Shown here: in pieces, positions 35,801 through 37,860 of the stretch
How the letters are laid out: each line of letters begins with the position of its first letter
Numbering within the stretch: position 1 is the stretch's first letter
Assembly: GCA_009602725.1 (NCBI GenBank)
Contig: WELB01000029.1
Span: 911,612 to 949,471 of the forward strand
Origin: Spirogloea muscicola
Taxonomy: Eukaryota
DNA: 37,860 nucleotides
Direction of reading: 5' to 3'
Made by a program: the position numbers and the translations under genes
Notes under the pieces: model-generated
The model's input: the letters and a program-made list of their open reading frames with translations, nothing else
What the model was told of the DNA's origin: nothing
Databases searched by the model: none

Positions 35801-36648
35801 AACCCGTCATCCTCATCACAGTGCATCGACCAGGACCGAGACTCTGACTTCCGTTCTGTGCTTCGCATACAATGAGGGACAGATTTGGCTGTCACATGTG
35901 CTGTGCTTGTGCTTGACGGCTTCTGCTCGCCGCTTCACTTGTGCACGGCTGTGTTCAGGAGAACGCAAACAGCAAGTCGTACTTGAGCAACATCAGGGTG
36001 ATGGTCCTCGAGAACCTCCGGAACCTCATCCACGCGCCATCCGTGCAGATGCATGAGGTTGGCTCTTGTGCTGACAGGCAGGACTTGTCAGTCGGCGCTG
36101 GCCTTTGTTTTGTGTGCTAGGGAAGCAGGCAGCAAGGACGTCGTCTGGTGGCTTAGATGGGTAGGCGTAAGCATGTGGCTCTTGCCGATTGCAAGCGCTG
36201 TCACGGCCAACCGATGTTGGGGAGCACCATCCTCCTGACGGCTAGCAAGCGGGGGCTCATTCCGTGCTGCAGGTGCCACCGGACACGTACATCCCAGAGT
36301 ATGACGAGGATGACATTGACCCCGATGAGCGGCTACCCGGTGAGGCTACCGTGCAGGGCAGCTGGTGATGGGATGCCAGCAGCAGTCGACAGTTGGGTGG
36401 TGGCGCATGGACTGGCTGCTCCAGTGCCTGTAAGGCGCGTGGAAGTGTTTGCGTGCTGAGGCCCGAGCGCTCGGTGCCCAGCGGTCGCGCAGTGTGGGGC
36501 AGCGCGATGAGCCATGCAGTGCCTGACTATTGTGGTGTGTGTGGCGCGCTCGGCAGTCCTGGCGCAAGACCGGCTGGTGGCCCGCGAGGACGAGTACTAC
36601 GACGGCGACGAGGACGTGGACCATGACGGTGGCGGAGGGGAGGCGTGA
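32887..36648 (+). CDS. HDA9: Class I (RPD3) histone deacetylase, HDA9/HDAC3-like, 14 exons
   Basis: [137 protein letters not shown] and the C-terminal [17 protein letters not shown]. All 13 introns read GT-AG. Confidence 0.95.
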
Positions 36649-37157
36649 GGGCTTGGTTGATGGGGGGACGCGCGCCTGCAGGCGGGGGTGCGGGCGTCCG
36701 TGTGGGCCTGGCGGGCGAAACTCTGAGAGGGCATATGCTGGTGGCATGTGGCGGGGGAGTGGCGAGGGAGTAGCGCGCAGCAGCGTGGCAGCGCATGTTG
36801 CGAGCCTGAGGGAGGGAGAGGGCCGGCAGGCCGTGTGCAAGCAGCAGGCTGAGGGCGCGGTGGCTAGAGTGGCCTCTCCCGAGTGGGCCAGGGGCTGCGC
36901 CCACGGCCTCGTCCCGTCTGTTTGGGCTGGCGTTTTGCGGCTGCGGCGTCGGCCTGGAAGTGCCTCTTCTGTGGCAGCCTTGTGCTCTCATTTTTTGGAA
37001 ATTAGAGAGCGTGTCTGCGAGGGGAGGAAGGGGGGGGGGGGGGGGGGNAGGGGGGGTGTCTTGGCGGGCTTGCATAGCTGCACCCAAGAGTTGGTAGGCT
37101 CGGTGGATTGTGCGAGAGGAAGAAGCAGCTCTTCCCAAGGGGCGGAGGGCTGTGAGC

Positions 37158-37200
37158 GGAGGAGGAGGAGGAGGAGGAGGAGGAGGAGGAGGAGGAGGAG
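37158..37200 (+). repeat. (GGA)n microsatellite, about 14 units
   Basis: Directly visible; preceded by a G-run containing an N at 37048. Confidence 0.95.
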
Positions 37201-37254
37201 AAGAGGAAGAAGAGGCTTAACCAGGTCCAGAGGAACACCTCCTCCAATGTAAGT

Positions 37255-37710
37255 TAAGGCAGTTGCTGTGAGAGGCCAGCCCAGAAGGAACGAGCGATGT
37301 CCGGAAGGGCTGGAGGGTGGAGCCGGAAAACGCGAGAGAGATGCGGTTGCTGGTGTCGGAGGAGCTGCTGCAGAAGCCAGCCGTGAGCGACGAGGAGGTA
37401 TTGTCCCAGCGGAAAGCAGTGGCTGTGAGAAAGTGAGCTAGCTCGTCGTCCAGACTAAGCAGGCGGTTCTCTGCCGAACCAAGTGGCTCCTGCAGAAGAA
37501 GAAGAGAAGAATAAAGTGGCTCCTGCAGAGATGGAGAAGCAGAGCGCGCTTCTTCTGGGAGGGCCGGCTGGTCACTCGTTCTGTGAGCCTAGCTTTTCTG
37601 ACCTGAGGCTGCTTATGCTCAGCAGGGGGTTACTGAGCGATACGGGGCTGCTTTGTTTCTGGTTGTGCCTGTCGTGCTTGGCGCTTCCCCTGGCCGCCTT
37701 CTCGGCCTTG
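37255..37710. mobile_element. Cluster 3: short remnants of the same retrotransposon family
   Basis: Minus-strand GGGCTGGC..CACAGC motif at ~37267-37282; GGAGCCACTT ends on the minus strand at 37481 and 37514; + copy ctagcttttctgacctgaggctg..ggggttactgag..cttcccctggcc (37590-37705) matching the reverse complement of 11600-11710. Confidence 0.65.
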
Positions 37711-37860
37711 GTTCCCTCCGAGCCAGTTCCTTCCCTGCTGTTCCCGGCCGAGGGCGGTGGCGGTGAGTGGCCAGGCCGGGCCGAGGAGCAGGGCAGGGGG
37801 GGCCCGCGGGTGTGGAGGCGCGGGGCTGCCGGGCGGCCAGGTGGCGGCGCGGGCGGCGCC

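Noticed and set aside
36530..37252. 240-aa Arg/Gly-rich ORF after HDA9
   Set aside because: An alternative frame over the last HDA9 exon, a G-run with an N and the GGA microsatellite.

Overview
Eukaryotic nuclear DNA from a gene-dense, intron-rich green-plant genome. A streptophyte alga is inferred from plant-type genes, TTTAGGG repeats and GC-rich gene 5' ends, but cannot be proven from sequence alone. Seven spliced genes are recognisable: GH3 beta-xylosidase (-), AKR2A-type aldose/sorbitol-6-phosphate reductase (+), MATH-BTB/BPM (-), FZO-like chloroplast GTPase FZL (-), DA2/GW2-type RING E3 ligase (+), WOX13-clade homeobox (-) and HDA9-type histone deacetylase (+). There is also a possible terminal exon at the left edge. 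The notable part is intergenic. Three clusters (about 11.0-12.35 kb, 17.8-24.7 kb and 37.25-37.7 kb) consist mostly of 5'-truncated 3' ends of a CRE-like non-LTR retrotransposon family with a restriction-like endonuclease (REL). The copies are nested in one another with 8-17 bp target-site duplications (TSDs), share a conserved 3'-UTR stem-loop, and end in CTT-rich tails rather than poly(A). The big cluster also holds a mitochondrial rps7-atp6 segment flanked by a 10 bp duplication and a head-to-head telomere-repeat junction. Exon coordinates and family assignments were read by eye and from recalled motifs; no searches were run.
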